A stretch of DNA of 64,000 nt from Candidatus Moraniibacteriota bacterium (GTDB lineage Bacteria > Patescibacteriota > Minisyncoccia > Moranbacterales > GWC2-37-73): contig DNVR01000019.1 in the NCBI GenBank assembly GCA_003507445.1, forward strand, positions 1,367 to 65,366, read 5' to 3'. A model generated the notes under the pieces. The model had not been told where the DNA came from. It made no database searches and saw nothing but the letters and a program-made list of their open reading frames with translations. The position numbers and the translations under genes are program-made. Below are positions 1 through 9,264 of the stretch, in pieces; position 1 is the first letter of the stretch; each line of letters opens with the position of its first letter.

Positions 1-1623
1 GATAACCTTGTCTACGACCGCGCTGGGAAAGTTGCTGGATACGCGATGCCGTTTCTTAAGGGCTTTGATGTCCTTCTGAGTTACGGTGACCGAGCTTTTG
101 GGCAAGCGGTGCCCTATGATCAAAAAATGGGAATCTGCTTGGGGTTGCATGAGTCTTTACGACAAACGCACCCCCTCGGAGTTATTTTCGGAGACTTCAA
201 TGATCTCAACATTCTCGTAAGGGGATCCGAAGCATGGATCATTGATGTCGACAGTGCTCAGTTTGGATCGTATTTGTGCAGGGTGTTTACCGAGAAATTT
301 GTAGACCCACTGCTTTGCGATTCCACTGGCAAGCGTCCGATGCTCAATCGTCCATTCAACTCCGACTCAGACTGGTATGCCTTCGACGTCATGTTGATGG
401 CAACCTTGCTTTACGTTGGTCCCTACGGCGGAATTTTCAAGCCTGGGGACAAGAGCAAGCTTGTCCCTCATGACCAGCGACCACTCAAACGAATTACTGT
501 TTTTCATCCGGATGTAAAATATCCCAAACCTGCAGTGCATTGGAGGGTTCTGCCTGACGATCTATTGCAGCATTTTCACCAGCGATTTGAAAACGATGTT
601 AGAGGGCAAACCCCTCTTGCATTGCTGGAAAAAATGCGGTGGACAACGTGTTCCAACTGTGGAATTGAGCATGCCAGAGCAATGTGCCCGGAATGTTTCG
701 TTGCTCCACCAGCCGCCATCAAGGAGGTAACCGTCGTGCGTGGCATTGTCATTGCAAGCACAATATTCAAAACAAAAGGAGTCATCCTCCATGCTTCCTA
801 CCAGGAAGGTAACTTGCGGTGGCTCTACCATGAAAATGGAGAATATCGTCGCGAGGGTGGTGCAGTTGTTACGCAAGGAAAACTCGACCCGCAGGTGAGA
901 TATCGAATTAAGGACAAAAAAACCCTGATTGGCAAGGAAAACATCGTTGTTATCCTTAGCCCGGGAGAACAAATGGAACGTGTTGTTGTTGACATGTACG
1001 GCCAACTGCCTATCTTTGACAGCAACGACAAGTTTCACTACTGGTCACAAAACGGCCAGCTACGCCGCAACGATCCAATGGGTGAGGAATATATCGGAGA
1101 CGTGCTGCAAAACCAGACCTTGTTCTGGGTCGGGCCAACTTTTGGCTTTGGCTTTTACAGGGCGGGTGAAATTAGCATGGCATTCGTCTTCGACGCTCAA
1201 AGGAAACGCTCCCTTAATGACCAGGTAAATATTCAACCCATACGCGGACAACTAGTCGACGCCACATGCATTTTCAGTCCAAAGTATGCGTGGTTTTTTA
1301 CCACTAGTTCAGAGAGTGGCAAGCTGATGAATCGCTGCACATTGATTGAAGCAAGTGGCAAGGTTTTATCTACCGCTGAGACTGAAAAAGGCAGCGATCA
1401 CTGGTTAGGAAATATCAGAGGTTCTTGTGCTATTAACAAGTTCCTGCTGGTTCCAACTGATGAAGGTATCGTCAGAGTCGAAGAAGATAATTCGCAACTG
1501 ACTGAAGTAAAAAAATTCCCAGACACTGAGTCGTTTGTTGATTCAAGTTCATTCCTTTACCCTGGTGCTGATGGCTTGTACGTCATAAGGCGTCAGGAAA
1601 TAATCCGACTGAAATTAAGTTAG
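1..1623 (+). CDS. Ser/Thr-kinase-like protein (5' truncated by window) with Zn-ribbon and beta-rich C-terminal region
   Basis: Frame is open from base 1 (DNLVYDRAGKVAGYAMPFL). Kinase catalytic loop GDFNDLNILV and IIDVDS; CSNC...CPEC motif after the kinase domain. Confidence 0.75.
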   Translation, partial: DNLVYDRAGKVAGYAMPFLKGFDVLLSYGDRAFGQAVPYDQKMGICLGLHESLRQTHPLGVIFGDFNDLNILVRGSEAWIIDVDSAQFGSYLCRVFTEKFVDPLLCDSTGKRPMLNRPFNSDSDWYAFDVMLMATLLYVGPYGGIFKPGDKSKLVPHDQRPLKRITVFHPDVKYPKPAVHWRVLPDDLLQHFHQRFENDVRGQTPLALLEKMRWTTCSNCGIEHARAMCPECFVAPPAAIKEVTVVRGIVIASTIFKTKGVILHASYQEGNLRWLYHENGEYRREGGAVVTQGKLDPQVRYRIKDKKTLIGKENIVVILSPGEQMERVVVDMYGQLPIFDSNDKFHYWSQNGQLRRNDPMGEEYIGDVLQNQTLFWVGPTFGFGFYRAGEISMAFVFDAQRKRSLNDQVNIQPIRGQLVDATCIFSPKYAWFFTTSSESGKLMNRCTLIEASGKVLSTAETEKGSDHWLGNIRGSCAINKFLLVPTDEGIVRVEEDNSQLTEVKKFPDTESFVDSSSFLYPGADGLYVIRRQEIIRLKLS

Positions 1624-1731
1624 GAAAAGCAAACGACAAGGAGGTGGTATCTACAAATTAGTTTTGATGTTTTGTGGAGTATTTAATGTTTAGAAATTCA
1701 AACTCAAGCAGCACAAAAAAAGGAGAATACC

Positions 1732-2793
1732 ATGAGCCAGAGAAATCCCAGTAAGTATGAAACGATCATCCCTCCTCATTTCAATCCGGACAAAGTCGGC
1801 GAGGTTTGGAGGGTTGATTACAACGGCCTTGCCCCCGTCGCCCAGCAGTGGGCCGCGGCGCAGGACATCAAAGCCGCCGTCACCGATCGCATGCGGATCT
1901 GTCTGATGCCTATCGACGTCCAGAATACCTTCTGCATCCCCGGCTTCGAACTGTATGTCGGTGGGCAGAGCGGTACCGGAGCAATCGATGACAACAGGCG
2001 CCTGGCGGAATTCACTTACCGCTACCTCAAAATCCTGACGGCGATCACGCCCACACTCGACACCCACACCGCCATGCAGATCTTCCACCCCTTCTTCTGG
2101 ATCAATGAAAAGGGCGAACACCCGATTGGCGGAGCAACACTCATCTCCCTCGAGGACGTTCAAAAAGGCGTCTGGCGGGTAAATCCGGCAGTTGTCTTCA
2201 GCGTTACGGGCAACAAAGATATGTACCCGGCGCTCCAGGCACATGCACTTCACTACACGAAACGCCTGACCGAGGACGGCAAGTACGCTCTCATGATCTG
2301 GCCTTATCACGCGATGCTGGGAGGAATCGGGCATGCCCTGGTCTCCTCGTGCGAAGAAGCTTTCTTCTTCCACAACATTGCCCGCCGTAACCAGACTGGC
2401 TTCGAGATTAAAGGTGGCAACCCACTGACCGAAAACTACAGCGTGCTTCGTCCCGAAGTGCTCGACGGTCCGTCCGGCGCTCCCATCGCTTCGAAGAACT
2501 CCGTGTTCTTCAAGAAGCTCCTAGATTTCGACGCAATCATTATTGGCGGCCAGGCCAAGTCACATTGTGTGGCTTGGACAATCGACGACCTGTTGAATGA
2601 AATCAAGGCCAAGGATCCCAGACTGGCTCAGAAGGTGTATCTTCTCGAAGACTGCACCAGCCCGGTCGTGCTTCCTGGCATCATCGATTTCACCGACATG
2701 GCGAACACCGCCTTCAATCGTTTCCGGGATGAAGGGATGCACGTCGTCCGCTCCACCGATCCGATCGAGGAATGGCCGGGGATGAACCTCTAG
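1732..2793 (+). CDS. Isochorismatase/nicotinamidase-family cysteine hydrolase
   Basis: Motifs IDVQNTF, TLDTH, WPYH, GQAKSHCV, LLEDCTS; SD AGGAGA upstream. Confidence 0.85.
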   Translation: MSQRNPSKYETIIPPHFNPDKVGEVWRVDYNGLAPVAQQWAAAQDIKAAVTDRMRICLMPIDVQNTFCIPGFELYVGGQSGTGAIDDNRRLAEFTYRYLKILTAITPTLDTHTAMQIFHPFFWINEKGEHPIGGATLISLEDVQKGVWRVNPAVVFSVTGNKDMYPALQAHALHYTKRLTEDGKYALMIWPYHAMLGGIGHALVSSCEEAFFFHNIARRNQTGFEIKGGNPLTENYSVLRPEVLDGPSGAPIASKNSVFFKKLLDFDAIIIGGQAKSHCVAWTIDDLLNEIKAKDPRLAQKVYLLEDCTSPVVLPGIIDFTDMANTAFNRFRDEGMHVVRSTDPIEEWPGMNL

Positions 2794-2835
2794 GTTAATC
2801 CAAACAAAAAACCACAACAGACAAGGAGAGAAGAC

Positions 2836-3711
2836 ATGAGCCAGACAGCACTTAACGCATTGTTCCAGAACGCAGCAGCAGACGGAGGACTTTCTCCGGC
2901 CGCCATGCAGGCACTCAATGTGAACGATATCGGAGCTCAAATCCAGGCAGGTCTCGGCGTTTCCGTCGACGACGTCCTGGCATCGGAAGTGGTCATCGTG
3001 ACCATGATGCCCGATGATTCCGGATCCATTCGTTTCGCCGGCAACACGCAGTTCGTGCGCGACGGCCACAACGCCGTCATTGATGCACTGAAAGATTCGA
3101 AACAGAAAAACGGCATCCTTATGCACACGCGTTATCTCAACGGTAACGTTCTGTTCCCCTACGTGAACATCGACCAGGCCGTGCGGATGGATTCCAGTAA
3201 CTACAACCCGAACCTCGGAACCCCGCTCTTCGACCAGACTCTCGTTTTGCTCGGCACCGTGCTGGCAAAAACGCAGGAGTTTGCGGACAACGGCATGCAT
3301 TGCCGGAGCGTTACCTGCCTGGTTACTGACGGCGACGACGAGCATTCGACTCGTGCCGATGCAAGGATGGTTCGCACCGTCGTCAGCGACATGCTGCAGA
3401 CGGAAAACCACATAATAGCCGGCCTCGGCATCGACGATGCCCCGGAAGAGTGCAGAAGCTGCGGTTGCAAAACGCTGCGCGAAACCGAGCTGACGGTCAA
3501 TACCTGTCCCAAGTGCGGAGCGGGTTTCCGTCGCACCAATTTCGAGAAAGTTTTTCTGGAGATGGGCCTGCTCAAAGAGTGGATCCTGACCCCGAAGAAC
3601 ACCCCGTCCGACATACGCAAAGCCTTCCAGATGTTCTCTCAGAGCGCAGTCCGCGCATCCCAGGGAGCGGCAAGCTTTTCGCAGACGGCCGTCGGCGGAT
3701 TCGGAAATTGA
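2836..3711 (+). CDS. vWA-domain protein (TerY-like) with inserted Zn-ribbon
   Basis: MIDAS-like DDSGS, GTPL and VTDG motifs; CRSC...CPKC insert; SD AGGAGA. Confidence 0.75.
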   Translation: MSQTALNALFQNAAADGGLSPAAMQALNVNDIGAQIQAGLGVSVDDVLASEVVIVTMMPDDSGSIRFAGNTQFVRDGHNAVIDALKDSKQKNGILMHTRYLNGNVLFPYVNIDQAVRMDSSNYNPNLGTPLFDQTLVLLGTVLAKTQEFADNGMHCRSVTCLVTDGDDEHSTRADARMVRTVVSDMLQTENHIIAGLGIDDAPEECRSCGCKTLRETELTVNTCPKCGAGFRRTNFEKVFLEMGLLKEWILTPKNTPSDIRKAFQMFSQSAVRASQGAASFSQTAVGGFGN

Positions 3712-3771
3712 TCCGAAAAAATGAAATGTATTTTATGAAGTGAAATGATATTGTGTCGCAACGCAAAATCC

Positions 3772-3802
3772 AAGGAGATAGGCAACCCTATCTCCTTTTT
3801 TT
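3772..3802 (+). terminator. Rho-independent terminator
   Basis: AAGGAGATAGG-caa-CCCTATCTCCTT hairpin followed by a T-run after the vWA gene. Confidence 0.75.
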
Positions 3803-3925
3803 ATTATTCATTTTTTCATGGAAATGATTGACAACGAATCCCGTGTATGATAGTTTTTAATATCAATTTTATTACATCGTATCAAAAATTGATGTTGTTA
3901 TTTCAACGACAAAAGGAGGGAGCCT

Positions 3926-4408
3926 ATGATATTCGACTTGTATGACGAGGGAGATGTGCGAATTGTTCGCGATGCATTCAAGGGAAAAATGGTTGGACTG
4001 ACATCAGGAAGCTTCGACATGTTTCATGTTGCACATGAGCAATATCTTCAATGCTGTCGCAGACATTGCGGGCATGAAGGCATTTTGATTGTAGGCGTGG
4101 ACTCGGATCACCTTATCCGGCAAAGAAAAGGCAAGAAGCGCCCCATAATTCCTGAGTCAGATCGTCTTCAGTCGGTTGCCGGTCGCAAGGGTGTGGCAGC
4201 AGCATTTATTCTCGGGACTGTCGATGACTTTGGTCGTGCGGCAGAAATCCTGGGAATAAAATTCATTTTCAAGAACCAGGAGTATGAAAAGATTGCCGTT
4301 CTTGGCGCTGAACTTCCCGGAGTTGAATTGGTCATTGTGCCAGACTTTCAACGAACGGAATCAACAACAGCACTGATTGAAAAGGTTTTAAAGACACACA
4401 CGAAGTAA
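3926..4408 (+). CDS. Cytidylyltransferase-family protein (RfaE/TagD-like)
   Basis: GSFDMFHVAH (HxGH-like), VGVDSD, KRPI, STT motifs; SD AGGAGG. Confidence 0.85.
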   Translation: MIFDLYDEGDVRIVRDAFKGKMVGLTSGSFDMFHVAHEQYLQCCRRHCGHEGILIVGVDSDHLIRQRKGKKRPIIPESDRLQSVAGRKGVAAAFILGTVDDFGRAAEILGIKFIFKNQEYEKIAVLGAELPGVELVIVPDFQRTESTTALIEKVLKTHTK

Positions 4409-4436
4409 AAACATTTTTTGCTTACATGATGAAATC

Positions 4437-4471
4437 AAAGGCGCGCCCCGATTGGGAAACGCGCCTTTTTT
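4437..4471 (+). terminator. Rho-independent terminator
   Basis: AAAGGCGCG...CGCGCCTTT hairpin plus T-run. Confidence 0.7.
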
Positions 4472-4603
4472 ATTTGAAAAAAGCATTACTTAAAGCAATA
4501 TTACAAAAGATAACTATGGCGTAACACAGAGAGGGTACCATATAGTTGACAAAGTAATAATAAAGGAGTATTATGCCAATATAATCAAATAATACAAAAA
4601 AAT

Positions 4604-4981
4604 ATGTCAGAATTCAATTTTGAGCTATTTACCGGTCAAGGAAGCAAATTTAATGTTGCTGTAAGTATATCGAAACCGGGGATATTATCGTTTACTTCCG
4701 GAATGTACAAAAAATATGAACTTTATAACTACCGTGGGGCACAACTATTGTTTGATAAAGATAAAAAAGTAATAGCAATTAAGTTACACGAGGAACAATC
4801 TAAGGATATGTTCAGTTTGAGACACCGCAAAGATAATAAGGGTGGTTTTATAGCATCCAAATCATTCATATTTGCCTACGATATAGATAAAAATTTTGGA
4901 AAAAGATACCTACCAGAAGAAATTGAACATCCTGAATTGGGAAAGATGCTTATAGTTGATTTGAATAAGCTATTGAATTAA
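4604..4981 (+). CDS. Hypothetical protein
   Basis: 125-aa ORF preceded by a TTGACA...TATTAT promoter-like sequence at about 4546-4574. Confidence 0.65.
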   Translation: MSEFNFELFTGQGSKFNVAVSISKPGILSFTSGMYKKYELYNYRGAQLLFDKDKKVIAIKLHEEQSKDMFSLRHRKDNKGGFIASKSFIFAYDIDKNFGKRYLPEEIEHPELGKMLIVDLNKLLN

Positions 4982-5282
4982 GAGTTCAAAAAAACAAAAA
5001 ACCTCCGGCGCCAACCGAAGATTTTGCTAAAAGCAAATCGTGCTTTTATTATATTCAAATTAGCATAGCGTTTTTAATCTGGCAAGCGGTTGTTGAAAAA
5101 ATAATATCAATAAAAAAATAATTTAAAAACTATGAATCAGAAATTGCCCATATAAAAAGATGCAAAATACGTGAATATTCTGCATCTTTCCTATAAGCAT
5201 ATAATGCTCTTGTTGCTATTAGTATTATATCAGGTTCTTGAATATTTACAACTTGTTATAATCATTAAATTTAATCAAAAAA

Positions 5283-6398
5283 ATGGATGTTGAAATTGAT
5301 TTTCTTCCGGTTGGTGAAAATTCACAGAGTGGTGATGCAATAATTTTGAGATACGGTAATCTCAATGGCTCAAGAAATGAATATAGTGTTGTTGTTATTG
5401 ATGCTGGTTTTAGGGAAACAGGTGAACAAGTAGTTCGCTACTTGGCAGATAATTATCAGACTGATCATGTTGACTTGATTGTATCAACTCATCCTGATAA
5501 TGATCATTCGGCTGGCATACTAGTTCTGTTGGAAAAAATAAGCGTAGGAAAAATTTGGATGCATAAACCGTGGAATCATACTGCAAATATATCTGAGTTA
5601 TTCAAACACCATGCGGTTTCTGATGCTGGTGTCGAAAGAACTATCAAGAAATCCTTGCAAACAGTCAAGACAATCGAACAACTTGCCGAAAAAATGGGCG
5701 TTGCAATTGTGGAACCATTTACAGGGCTTAGGGATGAGCAAGGAGGACTCTTGGTCTTGGGTCCAGATGAAGAATTCTATAAAAATGAGTTACTTCCAAA
5801 TTTTCGCTGTACGCCAGAACCAGTAGATAATTCTCTTGCAAAAATAATCAGCGACGAACTTAGAAAATTTACTGATTCTATAAAAGAATTTGTAGATGAA
5901 AAATGGGAAATTGAAACACTTGACCATGGCGGTACGACAAGTGCTGAAAATAATTCAAGTACGATATTGCATTTGAGTGTTGGCGAAGACCATTTTTTAT
6001 TTACGGGTGATGCTGGGCAGCCAGCGCTGGAGAGGGTTATCGTATTGCTTGATTCGTATAATTATGATTATTCGAAAATAAAGTTAAAGCAAGTCCCTCA
6101 TCACGGCAGTCACAGAAATGTCAATCCTCTCATCTTGGACAAATTAATTGGTCCTAAATTGCCCAAAGAGGAATCAGAAAAAGTTGTCAAATATGTAATT
6201 GTTTCAGTTTCAAAAGAGGAAAACGAAAAACATCCGTCAAAAATAGTTACGAATGCCTACAAGAGAAGAGGTGGACCTGTGTATACTACACGTGAGGGAT
6301 TTAAATATTATGGCAGTAATAATGCACCAAGAAGAAATGCATATGGTGCCGTTGCACCATTGCCATTCTTTGATAAGGTGGAAAAACATAACGATTAA
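5283..6398 (+). CDS. ComEC/Rec2-type MBL-fold metallo-hydrolase
   Basis: GDA, IDAG, THPDNDH, NNSS, FTGDA and VPHHGS motifs. Confidence 0.9.
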   Translation: MDVEIDFLPVGENSQSGDAIILRYGNLNGSRNEYSVVVIDAGFRETGEQVVRYLADNYQTDHVDLIVSTHPDNDHSAGILVLLEKISVGKIWMHKPWNHTANISELFKHHAVSDAGVERTIKKSLQTVKTIEQLAEKMGVAIVEPFTGLRDEQGGLLVLGPDEEFYKNELLPNFRCTPEPVDNSLAKIISDELRKFTDSIKEFVDEKWEIETLDHGGTTSAENNSSTILHLSVGEDHFLFTGDAGQPALERVIVLLDSYNYDYSKIKLKQVPHHGSHRNVNPLILDKLIGPKLPKEESEKVVKYVIVSVSKEENEKHPSKIVTNAYKRRGGPVYTTREGFKYYGSNNAPRRNAYGAVAPLPFFDKVEKHND

Positions 6399-6402
6399 AT
6401 TT

Positions 6403-7095
6403 ATGCTAAACAAATACAGTACTTACGCAAGATTTTTTCCTGCCGTGCTTTCCCTTATTCCAATATCATTGCTTTCACATTTTTATCTTTATGAAAAAAT
6501 TCCAAAGCTAATTGATTCAATCATTCTCACTAAAATAGCTGGTGATTTTTCTGTCCTTCTTATTTTTGTTTATTTTGTCATGCAGACATCGAGATATGTG
6601 AGCAAGAAATATTTTCAAGGTAATTATTTCAAGAACGAATCACATTTTCCGACCACGAATTATCTTTTGTGTTCTGACGCTACTTACTCAGAAGATTACA
6701 AACAGAAAATCAAAAATAAAGTTGCCACGGATTTCAGCATGACTTTCCTGGACGAGTTTTCTGAAAAAATGGATGAGGAGTCCGCACGAAAAAAAATTGT
6801 TGAAGCAGTTAATATGATAAGAAGTAAGGTGAAAAATGGGCGTTTGTTGTTGCAGCACAATATAGAATATGGATTCGTAAGAAATTTGCTTGGCGGACTT
6901 GCAATCTCGATACCCATTTCCGTGTTCAATGTGGTGTTGTTCATGTTCTTGGAAAATATTATCGCACTTGTTCTTTCATGCGTGTTGTTGTTGATTTTCT
7001 TAACTCTGTTCTGGTTCAGTGAGGATATCCTGATTTATTTTGCGCATAATTACGCAAAAGTGCTGTTTAACGAATTCCTTTCGGACGAAATGTAA
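6403..7095 (+). CDS. Multi-pass membrane protein of unknown function
   Basis: Probable ATG at 6403, 4 nt after the MBL stop; hydrophobic segments at both ends; NIEYGFVRN motif. Confidence 0.7.
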   Translation: MLNKYSTYARFFPAVLSLIPISLLSHFYLYEKIPKLIDSIILTKIAGDFSVLLIFVYFVMQTSRYVSKKYFQGNYFKNESHFPTTNYLLCSDATYSEDYKQKIKNKVATDFSMTFLDEFSEKMDEESARKKIVEAVNMIRSKVKNGRLLLQHNIEYGFVRNLLGGLAISIPISVFNVVLFMFLENIIALVLSCVLLLIFLTLFWFSEDILIYFAHNYAKVLFNEFLSDEM

Positions 7096-7562
7096 GCACT
7101 GGAAATAGAGAGCGAAAATTTTTTCTTCGACTATTGCAAATCAAGCATGAGTAGCGATTTGTTTTCGGGTTCATCTAAAAAGAGTTGTAAAATAATAACA
7201 AAAGCATGCAAATATAGATCATGCCATCAAGGCGCGCACTCGATCAAGATTTGCTTTAACTGAGTCCCAATTGTTGGAAATTCCTTCAATAGAAAGGGCA
7301 AAATCGTTCACTGGTGCATCCTTGACTCCCGACCATGTGAAAAAATCCACCTTTTCGGTGGGTTTTTGCTTTTATGAAGTGAAAAATATTTAAGTGCTAT
7401 TTTTTGGAAAGTGTTTTTTACTAGTTTTCCTTTATTAAACCTTTAGTTTCTATAAGAAATTGGGTTAGAATTCAGGCGAGTGATATGTTGACCTAAATTT
7501 TAAATCATGTTATTTTTATATGTCCGCAGCGCGGCAAAATAAAGCTAAAAAGGAGGAGTACC

Positions 7563-8018
7563 TTGAAAAACGAAATCAACAATAAAGAGGCATCTGCAAA
7601 GCTTTTTAAGAATTTCACGAGGGCCAACAGGGAATTGGATGTTTATTTCCTGGCTATGGTTTTCTTTATGACCACGGATCAGGAAACCAAGAGTACATGG
7701 TTTTTCAAAACAGTGAAGAAAATCTACGAGCTTTCCATTAAGCATAATATGCCACGAGGGCATATTGAAGAGATTTATAGATGCTTGGCATTGAAAGCAA
7801 CTGGTCTGGATGAACTACTGTATACTCTCAGCAAGTTCGATAGTGATAATCCCAACACTCTCATAAAACCCAACCTTCAGAATAGAATCAGAAATATATG
7901 CGATGATCCTTGCGAGTTGCTGAAAATTTCACGCAAGTATATCACAGACGGCAACGTAGAATTTGTTGAATTCGTTACATCGTATGCTTCTGAGCTTATA
8001 GACGAGGAAATCCACTAA
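7563..8018 (+). CDS. Hypothetical protein
   Basis: TTG start with SD AGGAGG; terminator hairpin at 8038-8068. Confidence 0.6.
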   Translation: MKNEINNKEASAKLFKNFTRANRELDVYFLAMVFFMTTDQETKSTWFFKTVKKIYELSIKHNMPRGHIEEIYRCLALKATGLDELLYTLSKFDSDNPNTLIKPNLQNRIRNICDDPCELLKISRKYITDGNVEFVEFVTSYASELIDEEIH

Positions 8019-8237
8019 GGAGAATCTCCAGAGTTAGAAAGGCAGCTTGAACAATTCGGCTGCCTTTTATTTTTTTATAAAAATCCTATTTAAGTTATTA
8101 TTTTCTCAAATCTGGAATATAAATATATTTATCTTTCTTTTGAAACACAGTTCTAACATCATCTACAGTCCGCTTTCATTTGTAAAAAAAATGATTATGT
8201 GCTTAAATTAAGCCATAAATATGAAATTATAAAAATT

Positions 8238-8459
8238 ATGGCTGAGGAAAAATACGTGCATAGTTATAAGGTTATGTATGAAAAAGACGCCAAGGACGGC
8301 ATTATTTATTTGGATAGTAAACTTGACAGAGAATATGCCAAAGTGTTTTTTGTATATGCAAAAGAAAACGGCACGGCACCTTTTGAAGATCAGGACGGGA
8401 AGAAATACGAGTTGTTATATGAAAAAGGGGTGTATATGTTGACCAGGAAGGGTTTTTAG
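8238..8459 (+). CDS. Small hypothetical protein
   Basis: Probable ATG at 8238 (MAEEKYV...); protein-like composition. Confidence 0.55.
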   Translation: MAEEKYVHSYKVMYEKDAKDGIIYLDSKLDREYAKVFFVYAKENGTAPFEDQDGKKYELLYEKGVYMLTRKGF

Positions 8460-8465
8460 GAAAAA

Positions 8466-8615
8466 TTCACCCCAGTTAAATAATTTTAAAAAATAGTAAT
8501 TTTTTAAAATTAAGATTTGGGATTTAGTTGAATACATCAAAATTGAGAAAAAAATATAACAAAATAAGGTGTTGCTATTTTAAGAATAGACCCAAATCTT
8601 ATTTAACGGGGTAAA
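8466..8615. repeat. Palindromic hairpin element, long variant (copy A)
   Basis: TTCA-CCCCAGTTAAAT...ATTTAACGGGG-TAAA; arms near-identical to 27528-27665; the last A is the A of the nth ATG. Confidence 0.85.
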
Positions 8616-9259
8616 TGAGTTATCGCTTAAAAATTGATAATAGAAAAAAGATTGCCTTGGTCGTGGCTCGTGAGCTTCGAACGCTTTTTCCTGATGCAAA
8701 AATCGCACTTAATTTCAGCAATTCTTGGGAGCTTTTGGTAGCGGTTATTTTGAGCGCGCAGTGCACTGACAAAAAAGTGAATGAAGTAACTGAAAAACTT
8801 TTCAAGAAATACAAGACGCTGGATGATTATGTGAATGCTTCTCAGTTGGAATTTCAACAAGATATTTTTCAGACAGGTTTTTATCATAACAAAGCTAAAA
8901 ACATTTTAGCTACTGCCAAAATAATTAAAGAAAAATATAAAGGTAAGATTCCCTGTACAATGGAGGAATTGATTCAGTTGCCTGGAGTTGCTCGAAAAAC
9001 TGCTAATGTTGTGCTTGGGAGCGTTTGTGGTGTTTATGTGGGGATTGCAGTGGACACGCACGTCAGAAGACTTTCTAATTTGTTGGGACTTAGCCCTGAA
9101 AAAAATCCTGATAAGATTGAAAGAGATTTGATGCAGATTTTCCCTAAACAAGAATGGCCAAAAATAAGTTACCGCTTGATTGAATATGGCAGAAAATATT
9201 GCCCAGCGAAAAAACACAGTCATTCTGAATGTCCACTGACTAAAATTCTTAAAAATTAA
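8615..9259 (+). CDS. nth: Endonuclease III
   Basis: LLVAVILSAQCTD, HhH LPGVARKTANVV and AVDTHV motifs. Confidence 0.95.
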   Translation: MSYRLKIDNRKKIALVVARELRTLFPDAKIALNFSNSWELLVAVILSAQCTDKKVNEVTEKLFKKYKTLDDYVNASQLEFQQDIFQTGFYHNKAKNILATAKIIKEKYKGKIPCTMEELIQLPGVARKTANVVLGSVCGVYVGIAVDTHVRRLSNLLGLSPEKNPDKIERDLMQIFPKQEWPKISYRLIEYGRKYCPAKKHSHSECPLTKILKN

Positions 9260-9264
9260 AAAAT

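Noticed and set aside
1690-3620. Long minus-strand ORFs (227, 283 and 139 aa)
   Set aside because: Antisense shadows of GC-rich genes that have clear motifs on the plus strand.
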